Shown here one piece after another: positions 1 through 9,656 of a stretch of DNA of 23,077 nucleotides. Origin of the DNA: Granulicella sp. GTDB lineage: Bacteria > Acidobacteriota > Terriglobia > Terriglobales > Acidobacteriaceae. The stretch spans positions 1-23,077 of the forward strand of contig DAHWNL010000065.1 in assembly GCA_027339965.1 (NCBI GenBank), read 5' to 3'. The notes under the pieces were generated by a model. It saw nothing but the letters and a program-made list of their open reading frames with translations. It was not told the origin of the DNA and searched no databases. How positions within the stretch are numbered: the first letter of the stretch is position 1; every line of letters starts with the position of its first letter. The position numbers were made by a program, and so were the translations under genes.

Positions 1-1245
1 GTCGGCTTGGTTGTAACCGAGGCTCTGGTGCTCAGCGGAGTACTTGGCCCCGAGTTTGACGGGCATGCCGGTAGCCACGGCAATGTCAATCATGGTCTGG
101 TTGACGCCCTTGGCATGCATTTCAATTTCAACCGTGCGGCCGGCGTGGGCGATGGCTTCGAAGAGCGTTCTCCAAAAGTCGTAGCTGCCTTCCGGAATGC
201 CGCTTTCGCCGTGGACACGCATGGTGATCCCCTGGATTTGCGGGCATTCTTTCAGGATGATTGCCAGCGCATCGCGGCAATACGCGGCGTGACTCTGCGG
301 CGTTAAGCCTTCGATGCGGTGGTATGCGTTGGGGCTGTCGGTCCATTGGTAGGCGTGGGTCCAGATGCCGAGCTGGAAGTGGAGGCCGCGCGAGCTGGCC
401 TCACCCGCTATGAACTTCAGCGCTTCGAAGTTGCGAGTGCGTTCTTCTGCACTGAGCGGTACCGGTTCGGGGAGCGGTCTGCCTTCAGCGCTGCGAAGCT
501 GCATGACGCGAACGCCGCTGTAGCCCGGAACCTCGACGAGATAAGGATAGGGCAGGTAGAAATAATCGTCGGTGACTCCGCGGGGAAAGTCGTATTCCAA
601 CCCGAAGGCAAGGCCGAAGCGGTTAAAGCGGTTGGTGATGAGCGCATCGAGATAGGCAGGCCAGAATTGGCGGTCGTAATACCAGGGCTTGTCCTCGATT
701 TCGCTGCAAAAGTAACGGCTGACGCAACGGATTTTATTTGCCGGCTGCTCCTGCACGGGCGCTGTCAGGTGAAGCGCTCCGTAAGGATCGGCGTTGAAAT
801 GGACGCGCTCAGCCAATTCCAGGAGCCCATAGATGTAACCGCGGGAATTTGTGGCGGAGACCAGAAGGGCCGGCGATTCTGTCAGCTTGCCGGGAGCGAG
901 ACGGACGCTGTCAGGCGGAGCGGGATCCCTGGATGCCGGCGGAAAGTACTTGGCTAATCCTGAAGCAGGTGCCGCTGCGACGATGCAGAGGCTGGAGTTG
1001 TTGATCGCATCCGCTGAGGCAATGATCTCGCACACGACGTTCTTCAATGCAAGTGCCTGGCGAAGGCGAGTGGCCGCCCACTTCACGGGAGGTGTGGAAG
1101 CATTTGGATCCTTGGGATCAAGAAGGATGGAGATTTTGTGCGGCCGAGTTGCACCCGCAGCAGGCGTGAGGCTGCAAACGGTAGTTGCACCGGCGATTTT
1201 GATGAAGTCTCTGCGCTGCAATTTGGAGCCCGGTCCCAGTGTCAT
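1..1245 (-). CDS. Tat-exported uncharacterised protein, possibly glycoside-hydrolase-like (partial, runs off the left edge)
   Basis: Not in the ORF track because there is no stop in the window. Read by hand on the minus strand from ATG at 1245 (GGAG RBS upstream): MTLGPGSKLQRRDFIKIAGATTVCSLTPAAGA..., twin-arginine motif QRRDFIK. Open for 415 codons to position 1, with protein-like blocks (RGYIYGLLELAERV, FWPAYLDALITNRFNRF, FQLGIWTHAY, ITMRVHGESGIPEGSYDFW). The + strand ORFs here are antisense shadows. Confidence 0.85.
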   Translation of the reverse strand, partial: MTLGPGSKLQRRDFIKIAGATTVCSLTPAAGATRPHKISILLDPKDPNASTPPVKWAATRLRQALALKNVVCEIIASADAINNSSLCIVAAAPASGLAKYFPPASRDPAPPDSVRLAPGKLTESPALLVSATNSRGYIYGLLELAERVHFNADPYGALHLTAPVQEQPANKIRCVSRYFCSEIEDKPWYYDRQFWPAYLDALITNRFNRFGLAFGLEYDFPRGVTDDYFYLPYPYLVEVPGYSGVRVMQLRSAEGRPLPEPVPLSAEERTRNFEALKFIAGEASSRGLHFQLGIWTHAYQWTDSPNAYHRIEGLTPQSHAAYCRDALAIILKECPQIQGITMRVHGESGIPEGSYDFWRTLFEAIAHAGRTVEIEMHAKGVNQTMIDIAVATGMPVKLGAKYSAEHQSLGYNQAD

Positions 1246-1633
1246 CTATTTGGCTCCCATGGCGCCGGCTGATTCTCTAAAGTGCTCATGTCTGTGGCGG
1301 CCGCAGGTTGCGGCTGGCCGGCGGTTCAATGCTGGCGGTCGAAGATCCTGCAGCGTCGAAACCGGCCTGCGGGACTTGGTGAACTGATTCCGCACAGGAG
1401 ATTTAGTCTAGCAGATCGGTTTGGGGCCCGTGAAGGGAGAAGGGCGCGCGGCCTGCACGGCTGGTTCAGCAGTCGGAGTAAAGACCAGAGTTGTTCTCAG
1501 CCGCCGCTAGACGGAGATACCAACCGCACCTCCGGTTCCTACAGAATGTAGCTTGTAGATTTCCCGCACTACGCTCTCCGAAAGTTGTCTAAGGGCGACT
1601 CTGATCAAGTATCGGCTGGGTTGATATTTCTTA

Positions 1634-1704
1634 GAACCTGTTTACGATCTCTTGAGCAGCCACCCGAGGAATGCCAGGTGGACCATTTGCAGGCTGTTGT
1701 TCAG
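1634..1704 (-). mobile_element. IS5-family (IS1031-like group) remnant: transposase C-terminus plus one terminal end
   Basis: Minus strand reads LNNSLQMVHLAFLGWLLKRS*, resembling the C-terminus of IS1031-group transposases (LNTSLQFxHLAFLALLLRR). It overlaps an IS-end-like sequence GAACCTGTTTACGATCT preceded by TTA (TNA-type target). Confidence 0.6.
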
Positions 1705-1725
1705 GGGAGCGGATCTCCGCGAGCC

Positions 1726-1773
1726 AGACGACCGCACCACGCAGTAAGATGGCTGACGCCGGTGGAGTTTGCT
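1726..1773 (+). mobile_element. possible IS3-family transposase C-terminal scar
   Basis: Translates to RRPHHAVRWLTPVEFA, resembling the IS3 integrase-core tail RPHSxLGxLTPxEF; very short and degraded. Confidence 0.35.
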
Positions 1774-1832
1774 TTCAAGACGCGACTCCTTTTGGGTTCG
1801 ACCCCATGGCCAGCGGCTAAAGAGACACATCC

Positions 1833-3098
1833 ATGCGAAGAGTATTGCTTCTCCCTGTCTTTTTCATCACCTACGCTCTGGCCTATTTGGACCGCGCCAA
1901 CTATGGCTTTGGAGCGGCTGCGGGCATGGCTCAAGCCTTGCACCTCACGGAGAGCCGCTCGGCCCTGCTGGCCGCCCTGTTTTTTCTGGGTTACTTCGTT
2001 TTTCAGGTGCCTGGCATGCTGCTCGCGCGCAGGTGCAGCGCCACGCGGCTGGCCTTTCTCGCGCTCCTTTTATGGGGAGTGTTGGCCGCGCTGACCGGAG
2101 TCATCCGAAGCTTTGTATGGCTGGCGCTGGATCGCCTTCTGCTGGGCGTGGCGGAGAGCGTCATATTTCCCGCCATGCTACTTTTGCTCACCCAGTGGTT
2201 TGTCCGCGCGGAGCATTCCCGTGCCAACACCCTGATGATTCTGGGCAACCCTGTTACTGTCCTGTGGATGTCCGCCATCACCGGCTACCTGATCGAATCC
2301 GTCGGGTGGCAGCGCATGTTTCTCATCGAGGGACTGCCCGCCGTGCTGTGGGCGTTCCTCTGGATCGCCGTCATGCGCGACCATCCCACCCAGGCTGCAT
2401 GGATGGACCCCGAGCAGGCGGCGCATCTTGAGCTGGAGATCACCGCCCAGCAGCCTGATCGTGCTTCCCCAGAGACGGAGCGCGCTCAACTCCGCTCCAT
2501 CCTGTTGCGGCGCGATGTGCTGCAACTTTGCCTGCAATACTTCTGCTGGAGTATGGGCGTCTATGGCTTTGTGCTGTGGCTGCCCACCATTGTGCGCCGC
2601 GGAGCCGAGCTTTCCATGGGCCGCACGGGCCTGCTCGCCGCCGCGCCCTATCTCTTTGCCATACCCTTAATGATCCTCGCCGGCCGCGTCTCGGATCGCA
2701 CGCTCCGCCGTCAGGAGATGGTCTGGCCATTTCTTTTGCTGGCGGGTGTCGCCATGCTTGGTTCCTTCTTCTTCGCCAGGCACAGGTTCCCCCTGGGCTT
2801 TGTCTGCCTAGTGCTCTCCGGCGGGTGCATGTATGCGCCCTATGGGCCTTTCTTTGCCATTGTGCCCGAGCGCGCACCACAGGAGGTTGCTGGCGAGGTC
2901 TTTGCTCTGGTGAACAGCTTCGGCGCGCTGGGCGGCTTTGCCGGTAGTTATCTGGTGGGCTTGCTGCATGCCGTCACCGGCAGCCAAGCAGCCGGATATC
3001 TGCTGATGTCATTCGCTCTGCTGCTGGCGGCGCTGCTGGTGTACCGGCTGCCGCGTTTCTCCGCTTCCTTTGCTGTGAGAGAGTTGCATCATGCCTGA
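1833..3098 (+). CDS. MFS transporter, anion:cation symporter (ACS) family, KguT (2-ketogluconate transporter)-like
   Basis: 421 aa, about 12 hydrophobic segments. Motifs ITYALAYLDRANYGF, LFFLGYFVFQVPG, WFVRAEHSRAN, ILGNPVTVLWMS, WQRMFLIEGLPAVLWAF resemble KguT-type sugar-acid transporters. Confidence 0.9.
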   Translation: MRRVLLLPVFFITYALAYLDRANYGFGAAAGMAQALHLTESRSALLAALFFLGYFVFQVPGMLLARRCSATRLAFLALLLWGVLAALTGVIRSFVWLALDRLLLGVAESVIFPAMLLLLTQWFVRAEHSRANTLMILGNPVTVLWMSAITGYLIESVGWQRMFLIEGLPAVLWAFLWIAVMRDHPTQAAWMDPEQAAHLELEITAQQPDRASPETERAQLRSILLRRDVLQLCLQYFCWSMGVYGFVLWLPTIVRRGAELSMGRTGLLAAAPYLFAIPLMILAGRVSDRTLRRQEMVWPFLLLAGVAMLGSFFFARHRFPLGFVCLVLSGGCMYAPYGPFFAIVPERAPQEVAGEVFALVNSFGALGGFAGSYLVGLLHAVTGSQAAGYLLMSFALLLAALLVYRLPRFSASFAVRELHHA

Positions 3099-3213
3099 AC
3101 AGGAAAGCCTCTGCCAGGCGCTGGGGCAGGACTCGGACGGAATGTGGGGCGTCTGTGTCCAGCACTGGGAAGCCGCGGTGGCCCGGCTGACGGGCCGAGC
3201 GGAATCTGCATAA
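3091..3213 (+). other. 40-codon ORF overlapping the MFS stop (small protein or internally deleted gene)
   Basis: ATG at 3091 overlaps the MFS stop (ATGCCTGA), with purine-rich GAGAGAG upstream. MPEQESLCQALGQDSDGMWGVCVQHWEAAVARLTGRAESA*; the stop lies just before the RBS of the next gene. Confidence 0.3.
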
Positions 3214-3231
3214 GGTGAGGAGAGAAGATCG

Positions 3232-4101
<870 letters not shown>

Positions 4102-4336
4102 AGGGATCTCCCAAAGGCCCGCCCGATGGGTCGCAGTGAGGATCTCGCCGGCGCAGCGCAGCCTGTTTCCGAGGGCGACCATTGTCGAGGCTTCCGGCAC
4201 CGGAGCGTCTGAGTTGCGGCCGCTCCCTCAAGCAAAGGTATCGCCGCATCAGGAAGGATCACGATTGGTTGCCGACAGCCTGCGTGCGGTATGTTACCGT
4301 AGGGTCGTCTTTCCCCCGGTTTGATTGGAGTCAAGC

Positions 4337-4882
4337 ATGCCAACGGAAAAAAATGCCTCCCCTCTCGTTTTGAGCGCATCCGGTAATGGTGTTCTGCTGA
4401 AGGATCGCAATGCGTTTGCTCTGGCGGGAATGCGAATTGTCGTGGGCCTGTTCTTCACGATCTTTGGGGAATACAAGGTCTTTGGCACGCAATTTGTCAG
4501 GAGCGGCTTTCCTCGCTATCTGGAAGAGTTTCTCCAGGGGCAGGCCTATCCCTTCATGGCCCCCGTCCTGGCGTGGATCCTGGCCCATTGTGCCTTCATG
4601 ATGGCGGTGTTTGTTTCCTATGGGGAACTGCTCATCGGTCTGTCGCTGATTCTGGGTCTGCTCTCACGGATTGCGAGTGTCTTTGGCTTCGCCCTCATGG
4701 TCGCGATGTGGCTCTCCGCCGGCTATCCAGGTGCCCATGCAGCCTTCTGGCAATATTGGGGAGCCTCCTTGAATTGGTCGGTCTTCGCCCTGTGTTTTGT
4801 GGTTCTGGGGGTCGGCCGGCCAGAAGAGGTTTGGTCTCTGCGATGGGTCAGCTCCCTCCTTAGGACGCAAGGCCGCCGTTGA
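4337..4882 (+). CDS. DoxX/DoxD-family membrane protein
   Basis: ATG at 4337 after GGAG. About 4 TM helices; motifs MRIVVGLFF...K and GELLIGLSLILGLLSRIASVFG. Confidence 0.8.
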   Translation: MPTEKNASPLVLSASGNGVLLKDRNAFALAGMRIVVGLFFTIFGEYKVFGTQFVRSGFPRYLEEFLQGQAYPFMAPVLAWILAHCAFMMAVFVSYGELLIGLSLILGLLSRIASVFGFALMVAMWLSAGYPGAHAAFWQYWGASLNWSVFALCFVVLGVGRPEEVWSLRWVSSLLRTQGRR

Positions 4883-5037
4883 CTTCTGAAAGAATGCAGT
4901 CGCCAGGCGATCCGGACCTGCATCCCGCCTGCCAACGGCTCGTCAGCCTGCGGTCCTCAGCCGGCCCCTCAGGCAACGGTCTGCGTGGACAGCCTTATGC
5001 TCCAGTCTGCGCCCAGGTTCGGTGCTTGTGCCGATTG

Positions 5038-5065
5038 CGACGGACCCAAACCGACGGACCCAAAC
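5038..5065. repeat. 14-bp tandem duplication (CGACGGACCCAAAC x2)
   Basis: Direct read of the sequence. Confidence 0.9.
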
Positions 5066-5221
5066 CCAAGGAGAGGATCGAAGGTCCGTAGCGCCACCGA
5101 TCGGCCGCAACGCCTTCAGCCTCTATCCACTCAACGCAGCACCATCACAGGCTCTGGAGGCGGAGCATTGCAAAGGGGCTCCGCGACCTTCGGAAGGCGA
5201 CGATCGAGAACCCTCCTTCGC

Positions 5222-5288
5222 GCAGTTTGGTCATAAACCGGAGCATCAAGTCGGCAATCTCGTCTGTCTGTTCTTCCAGCGCGGGATG
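5222..5288 (-). pseudogene. possible C-terminal remnant of an alpha/beta hydrolase
   Basis: HPALEEQTDEIADLMLRFMTK resembles the GHFALEE..DEIA..I..FL end of alpha/beta hydrolases; it abuts the ISAs1 fragment. Confidence 0.4.
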
Positions 5289-5292
5289 CCGG

Positions 5293-5679
5293 CAGCGGTT
5301 GGTGCGGGCGCGGATCACCAGCGACGCCAGGCCGAACGAGATCACCGCGGCGCCGCAACTGCTCAAGATGCTGAGGCTGGAAGGGGCCATCGTGACCAGC
5401 GGCGCGGTGAACCGCCAGCGACCGATTGCCGGGCGGATCGTGGAGCAGAAGGGAGATTCTGTGTTGGCTCTGAAACCCAATCCAGGCACGCTGCACGACG
5501 ATGTCGCGCTGTTGCTGGATGATGCGGAGTTGCAAGCGAACCGCACCGGGCCGCTGGTCGAAGCCGATCATGGCGGATCGAAACGCGCACAGCGACAGCT
5601 TCCACCGAGATCGGCTGGTTCCAGAAGCAGCACCAATGGCCAGGTCTGAAGGTCATCGGCAGGGTGGAGCGGAAACGGG
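5293..5679 (+). mobile_element. ISAs1-family transposase internal fragment (frameshifted, decayed)
   Basis: QRLV..NEITAAPQLLKMLRLEGAIVTSGA..Q..IAGRIVEQKGDSVLALKPNPGTLHDDV..., then a frameshift near 5575 into (HG)RIETRTATAS..W..QHQWPGLKVIGRVERKR. The catalytic TIDA motif is degraded to TSGA. Confidence 0.85.
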
Positions 5680-5681
5680 CA

Positions 5682-6033
5682 TTTGAGGAGACGCTGAGCC
5701 ACTACGCGATGCCGTCCGGACACTTGCGCTGCCTGCGGACCGACAACACGCTGGAGCGGTGGATGCGTGAGATACGAAGACGAGCCCGGCTCGTCGGGGC
5801 CTTCCCCGACGGCAAAAGCGCCCTGATGCCGGTGGCCGCCCGGTTGCGACAGGAGGCTGCCGCCCAGTGGGGCACCAAACGCTGCCTCCCAATGAAAAGG
5901 CGGGCCGAGGTTCGAACCATCGCCTTACCCACCTTTGCCAAAGGGCCCCATGGAGCCCTTTGGCAATCAACCTTATGCAACAACCTCCCTACGTCGCCCG
6001 AAACATCCAAAGTGCGAAAGGTCTGGACACTAC
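5682..6033 (+). mobile_element. IS256-family transposase C-terminal fragment with right end
   Basis: EETLSHYAMPSGHLRCLRTDNTLERWMREIRRRARLVGAFPDGKSALM..AARLR....QWGTKRCLPM matches the IS256 C-terminus (RTNNxLERxxREIRRRTRVVGAFPDG). It ends in an IS256-like terminal sequence AAAGTGCGAAAGGTCTGGACACTAC (~6009-6033). Confidence 0.85.
5935..5966. repeat. perfect 12-bp inverted repeat/hairpin in the IS256 3' region
   Basis: TTGCCAAAGGGC-cccatgga-GCCCTTTGGCAA. Confidence 0.85.
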
Positions 6034-6075
6034 GTCGCTTTACCCGGAGCGATTGTTCTGCAGTGGCACTTTCCC

Positions 6076-6116
6076 CGCGACCTGCAACCTCTCATGGAGG
6101 GGTTTGCGACATCGCG
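6076..6116 (-). terminator. GC-rich hairpin downstream of the TonB-dependent receptor (possible terminator)
   Basis: CGCGA..TGCAACCTCTC-atg-GAGGGGTTTGCG..TCGCG imperfect stem about 25 nt after the stop; no clear U-tract. Confidence 0.3.
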
Positions 6117-6141
6117 ATGGTAGAACCTTATCGGATTGTCC

Positions 6142-9100
6142 TTACCACAGCAGCTTCAGCGCAAACTGCACTTGTCGTGACGTTGTCGACGTGCTCGTAA
6201 TCACACCAGCCGTCGGTGAAACGCCCGCTGGTGTAAACGTCACCAGGTTCGGAGTATTGAAATTGGCGTGGTTCAGGATATTGAAGAACTCCGCACGAAA
6301 CTGTGTGGAAAGCCGATCATGCACAGGAATCGACTTCAACATCGAAAAGTCCCATGTCGCAATGCCGGGGCCCGTCAGCGAATCGCGGCTCAAATTGCCA
6401 TAGAATCCACTGCCTGGCGGCGGCGCCAAAAAAGCGCTGGGATTGAACCACTGCGCTGGCGTGCCTTCAATTATGGAACCATGAAAGGAAGGATTGACAA
6501 AAGGCCGCACCGGGTTTTTCGTATCACCGTTGTTGGAGGGGTTGTAACTCAACTGCGGCGTAAAAGGAAATCCCGACTGTAACGTCACAATGGAATTGGT
6601 TGTCCATCCCGCTGTCAATGCAGTGATCATCCTGCCCGCATGATTCAGAAACATCTGCTTCGGTCCAAACGGCAGAGAGTAGCTGCTATCGATCACCGCT
6701 ACATTGCGCACGTCATAGGTCGCCGGGCCCCAGTCCGACTTGATGTCAAACGGATTGGAAACCAGCCCCGGAGCATTCCCCGCGGCGGTCGCATTCAGCG
6801 AATCTCCATCGTCCAGCGCCTTTGACCATGTGTATACGCCGCGCAGCAGCAGGCCGTGGCTCATCCGATGATTCAAGTCCAGTTGCAATGCGTTATACGA
6901 AGACGTGCCCAGTGAAAACCATGCCCATGCCGCTGCCAGCGCAGGATTCGCCAGGGACGTTCCCTCCGGAATGTAATCGCTGCCTGCCGGAATCGCCGTG
7001 CCCGCCAGAGGAGCAGGGAAGTTACTCGGATACGCAGCGGGGCATGCCGACCCGGGACACGTCGTCGGTGCCGGCTCATTATCATCCAGGCTCAGGATTT
7101 GCTGGTACCCATGCGAGCCCACGTACCCAACCGTGAAGGAGGTATTCGGCGTGAGCGCCTGCTCCACGCGCAATGAGTACGAGATGAGCGTCGGTGTGCG
7201 CAGGTCTGGCTGCACGCCGGCCGGTTGAATCTTTGCATTCGCCGGTACGGGAGAGATGGGCATTGGCAGCGATGACACAGGCAGATTCGCTATGGCATAC
7301 GAGGGATTGAAAGGCGCGTTTTGATCCATGCGGTAGCCCAGAGCGTCCTGCAGTTCGTTGTACATTCCAAAGCCTGAGCGAATCACCGTCTTCGGACCCA
7401 ATGGACTCCAAGCCAGTCCCACGCGCGGCTGGGGCAGAAACTTCGCATGATTCACCGTAAACGCCGCATTCGAAATCCGCGGCTGCGTCTGAATGATGCC
7501 ATTGTCGAAGACAAACGTTGCTGCGCGCCCGTGCGCCTCGTTCCATCCGGTCGTAAATTCATCGCGAAAACCCAGCGTCAATTCAATGGTGGACGTAACG
7601 CGTATCGAATCCTGCACGTACCACGCGCCCAGCAACGAGCGCCAGTTCATCTCCGTCGGAGTAGGATCGTAAAGAAAGCTCCCCATCGTACCCTGCAAAA
7701 ATTGTTGCAAACCATTGAATGTTGCCTGTCCAAACTGTGTCAGAGCCAGATCCTCATTCGATTGCAGTTGCTGGAACCACACACCAGCCGTCACCTCGTG
7801 CCGGCCGCTATCCCGCGTCATGTCATCCTCGTAGGTATACAGGTTGCGGTCAATGTTCAGATTGCTGCCCGTATTGCTCCCGGCCAGGCTCACCTGTGCC
7901 GCCGGATTTGCAGCTGCGCTTCCGCCCACAACCACAGTGCCCACCGGCCTGCCAGCCACAAATCCACCCACCGCTGACGCAGGCGTTCCGGGAGTCGGTT
8001 CGCCCGTGTAGTAGTAGGCCCCCCGTGAGAATCCGACGCGAGCGGTGTTCAGCAGCTTTGGCGAGAACACGTGAGTCTCCTCCAGGCTTAGCACCTGCTC
8101 CCGCAATCGCTCCAGATCCGTGCTGAACAGATTGGTGCTGGTAGGCGTCACAGCCGCGCTATCGTCAATCGTGTACACCCCCGTCAGCGTATCAGCACTG
8201 GTGAAAATCTGATCCACGCGGATCGTGCCAAAGTCATCACGAATCGTCTGCAGAGGGCTGCTGAACGCCTCCGCGATCCCGCCAAAATCCGGCGCCCCCG
8301 CGCTCTGCGTCGGCCAGAGGTTCAGCAGCGGCGCCACGCCCGGAGCCACTCCCACATCGACAAGTCCAGACTCGGGGCAGGGGTTCGGCGCAGGCGTCAC
8401 CAGCTTGCACGGCAGGTATCCGTTCCGCGCATTCGTGTCCGGCACCAGCGCAACGCCTGTCTGGTGCAGATGCTGCGTCAGTCCCTCGAAGTTTCCAAAT
8501 GCAAATGTCTTGTCACGCCGTATGGGCCCGCCGATTGCAGCGCCAAACTGATTGCGCTGGAACGGAGGCGCCGACTGTTGATCAAAATAGTTTCGAGCAT
8601 CAAGAATGTTGTTCCGGACAAACTCATACACCGAACCATGCAGTGCGTTGGTTCCTCCCTGCGTCACAATGAGCACCTGCGCGCCTGGCCGTTTGCCATA
8701 CGCAGCGCCGTAAGAGTCCCGCAGCACATTGAACTCGTGCACCGCATCCACGCCCAGCAACTCCTGGCTTACGCCGCCGGGCTGCATGTTATTCTCCGCC
8801 GCACCCGTAAATTCCACGCCGTTCAGAAGAAAGAGATTCTGCTGTGGCCGGTTGCCGGATACCGAAAATTCGTTGCCCACCGTCGAGTTCGTAATGCCGA
8901 CGCCGCCTACCTTCTCTGCAGTGAAGTTCACGATGCCTGGATTCAGCGTCAGCAGCTCGTCATAGCTTCGTCCATTCAGTGGCAGGTTCTTCACCTGCTG
9001 TCCACTCACCAGCCCGGAAATGTCTGTTGTGGTCAGACTCACCGTGGGCGCATCTGCATTCACCACCACCTGCTGTTGCGCTCCCGCAGGCTGCAGATGC

Positions 9101-9417
9101 ACGTCCACCTCCGCATCCTGGCCCACAATCAGATGAATGCCAATTCGTCTGGCAACAGAGAATCCCTGTCTGTTCACTGCTACCTGATACTCGCCCACCG
9201 GCAGACTCACCACGACGTATCTGCCCGACGCATCCGTCTCCACCGTCCTCTCCATTCCGGTATCGGCGCTGGTCACCCTGACCGTCGCGCCAGTGACCAG
9301 CGCTCCTGACGCATCGGTAACAGCGCCTTCAATGCTGGACGAGGTCTGCGCAGACGCCAGTGCGCCCATCCCAAGCAACACGGCAGGCAGGAGAAAAGAC
9401 AGCTTCCTATTTCGCAT
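6142..9417 (-). CDS. TonB-dependent outer-membrane receptor, Oar-like, with N-terminal carboxypeptidase-regulatory-like domain
   Basis: Likely start ATG at 9417 (AGGAG RBS), signal peptide MRNRKLSFLLPAVLLGMGALASAQ. Motifs IEGAVTDASGALVTGATV, LPLNGRSY, GTNALHGSVYEFVRN..LDARNYF, PRVGLAWSP, QFRAEFFNILNHANF and C-terminal RQVQFALKLLW. Confidence 0.93.
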   Translation of the reverse strand: MRNRKLSFLLPAVLLGMGALASAQTSSSIEGAVTDASGALVTGATVRVTSADTGMERTVETDASGRYVVVSLPVGEYQVAVNRQGFSVARRIGIHLIVGQDAEVDVHLQPAGAQQQVVVNADAPTVSLTTTDISGLVSGQQVKNLPLNGRSYDELLTLNPGIVNFTAEKVGGVGITNSTVGNEFSVSGNRPQQNLFLLNGVEFTGAAENNMQPGGVSQELLGVDAVHEFNVLRDSYGAAYGKRPGAQVLIVTQGGTNALHGSVYEFVRNNILDARNYFDQQSAPPFQRNQFGAAIGGPIRRDKTFAFGNFEGLTQHLHQTGVALVPDTNARNGYLPCKLVTPAPNPCPESGLVDVGVAPGVAPLLNLWPTQSAGAPDFGGIAEAFSSPLQTIRDDFGTIRVDQIFTSADTLTGVYTIDDSAAVTPTSTNLFSTDLERLREQVLSLEETHVFSPKLLNTARVGFSRGAYYYTGEPTPGTPASAVGGFVAGRPVGTVVVGGSAAANPAAQVSLAGSNTGSNLNIDRNLYTYEDDMTRDSGRHEVTAGVWFQQLQSNEDLALTQFGQATFNGLQQFLQGTMGSFLYDPTPTEMNWRSLLGAWYVQDSIRVTSTIELTLGFRDEFTTGWNEAHGRAATFVFDNGIIQTQPRISNAAFTVNHAKFLPQPRVGLAWSPLGPKTVIRSGFGMYNELQDALGYRMDQNAPFNPSYAIANLPVSSLPMPISPVPANAKIQPAGVQPDLRTPTLISYSLRVEQALTPNTSFTVGYVGSHGYQQILSLDDNEPAPTTCPGSACPAAYPSNFPAPLAGTAIPAGSDYIPEGTSLANPALAAAWAWFSLGTSSYNALQLDLNHRMSHGLLLRGVYTWSKALDDGDSLNATAAGNAPGLVSNPFDIKSDWGPATYDVRNVAVIDSSYSLPFGPKQMFLNHAGRMITALTAGWTTNSIVTLQSGFPFTPQLSYNPSNNGDTKNPVRPFVNPSFHGSIIEGTPAQWFNPSAFLAPPPGSGFYGNLSRDSLTGPGIATWDFSMLKSIPVHDRLSTQFRAEFFNILNHANFNTPNLVTFTPAGVSPTAGVITSTSTTSRQVQFALKLLW

Positions 9418-9606
9418 TGCCCACTCCTGCATCACGGCCTCGAGGATGAGAACCCGAACAACACTCTCGACTCGGCTACGCATCCGCCGTGGATGCTCGA
9501 GAGGGATCATCGCCTGAATACACACTTTGACCGAAGCCTCGTAACGGCTGTCTTCTCGAATTGCCAGCTTGAGCCAGGAAGATTCCGGTAATATGCCGTG
9601 ATATCG

Positions 9607-9635
9607 ATTTTATACGTTTCATTTCATCGCGTCAA
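9607..9635 (-). promoter_or_regulatory. sigma70-type promoter of the TonB-dependent receptor
   Basis: Minus strand TTGACG-N17-TAAAAT in an AT-rich patch about 190 nt upstream of the start. Confidence 0.6.
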
Positions 9636-9656
9636 AAACTTTACCTGCACTTTCAT

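Noticed and set aside
7..1387. + strand ORFs 7..306, 319..957, 851..1387
   Set aside because: Antisense shadows of the real minus-strand Tat protein gene; no recognisable motifs.
1806..1820. In-frame upstream ATG GCC AGC GGC TAA before the MFS start
   Set aside because: Too short to interpret; the MFS from 1833 already contains its first TM helix, so there is no evidence of truncation.
5022..6403. Long ORFs 5022..5522, 5664..6200 and 5867..6403 as intact genes
   Set aside because: Explained by read-through of decayed IS fragments and by antisense to the receptor gene.
9418..9600. Cobalamin or other riboswitch upstream of the TonB-dependent receptor
   Set aside because: No B12-box or other recognisable aptamer core seen.
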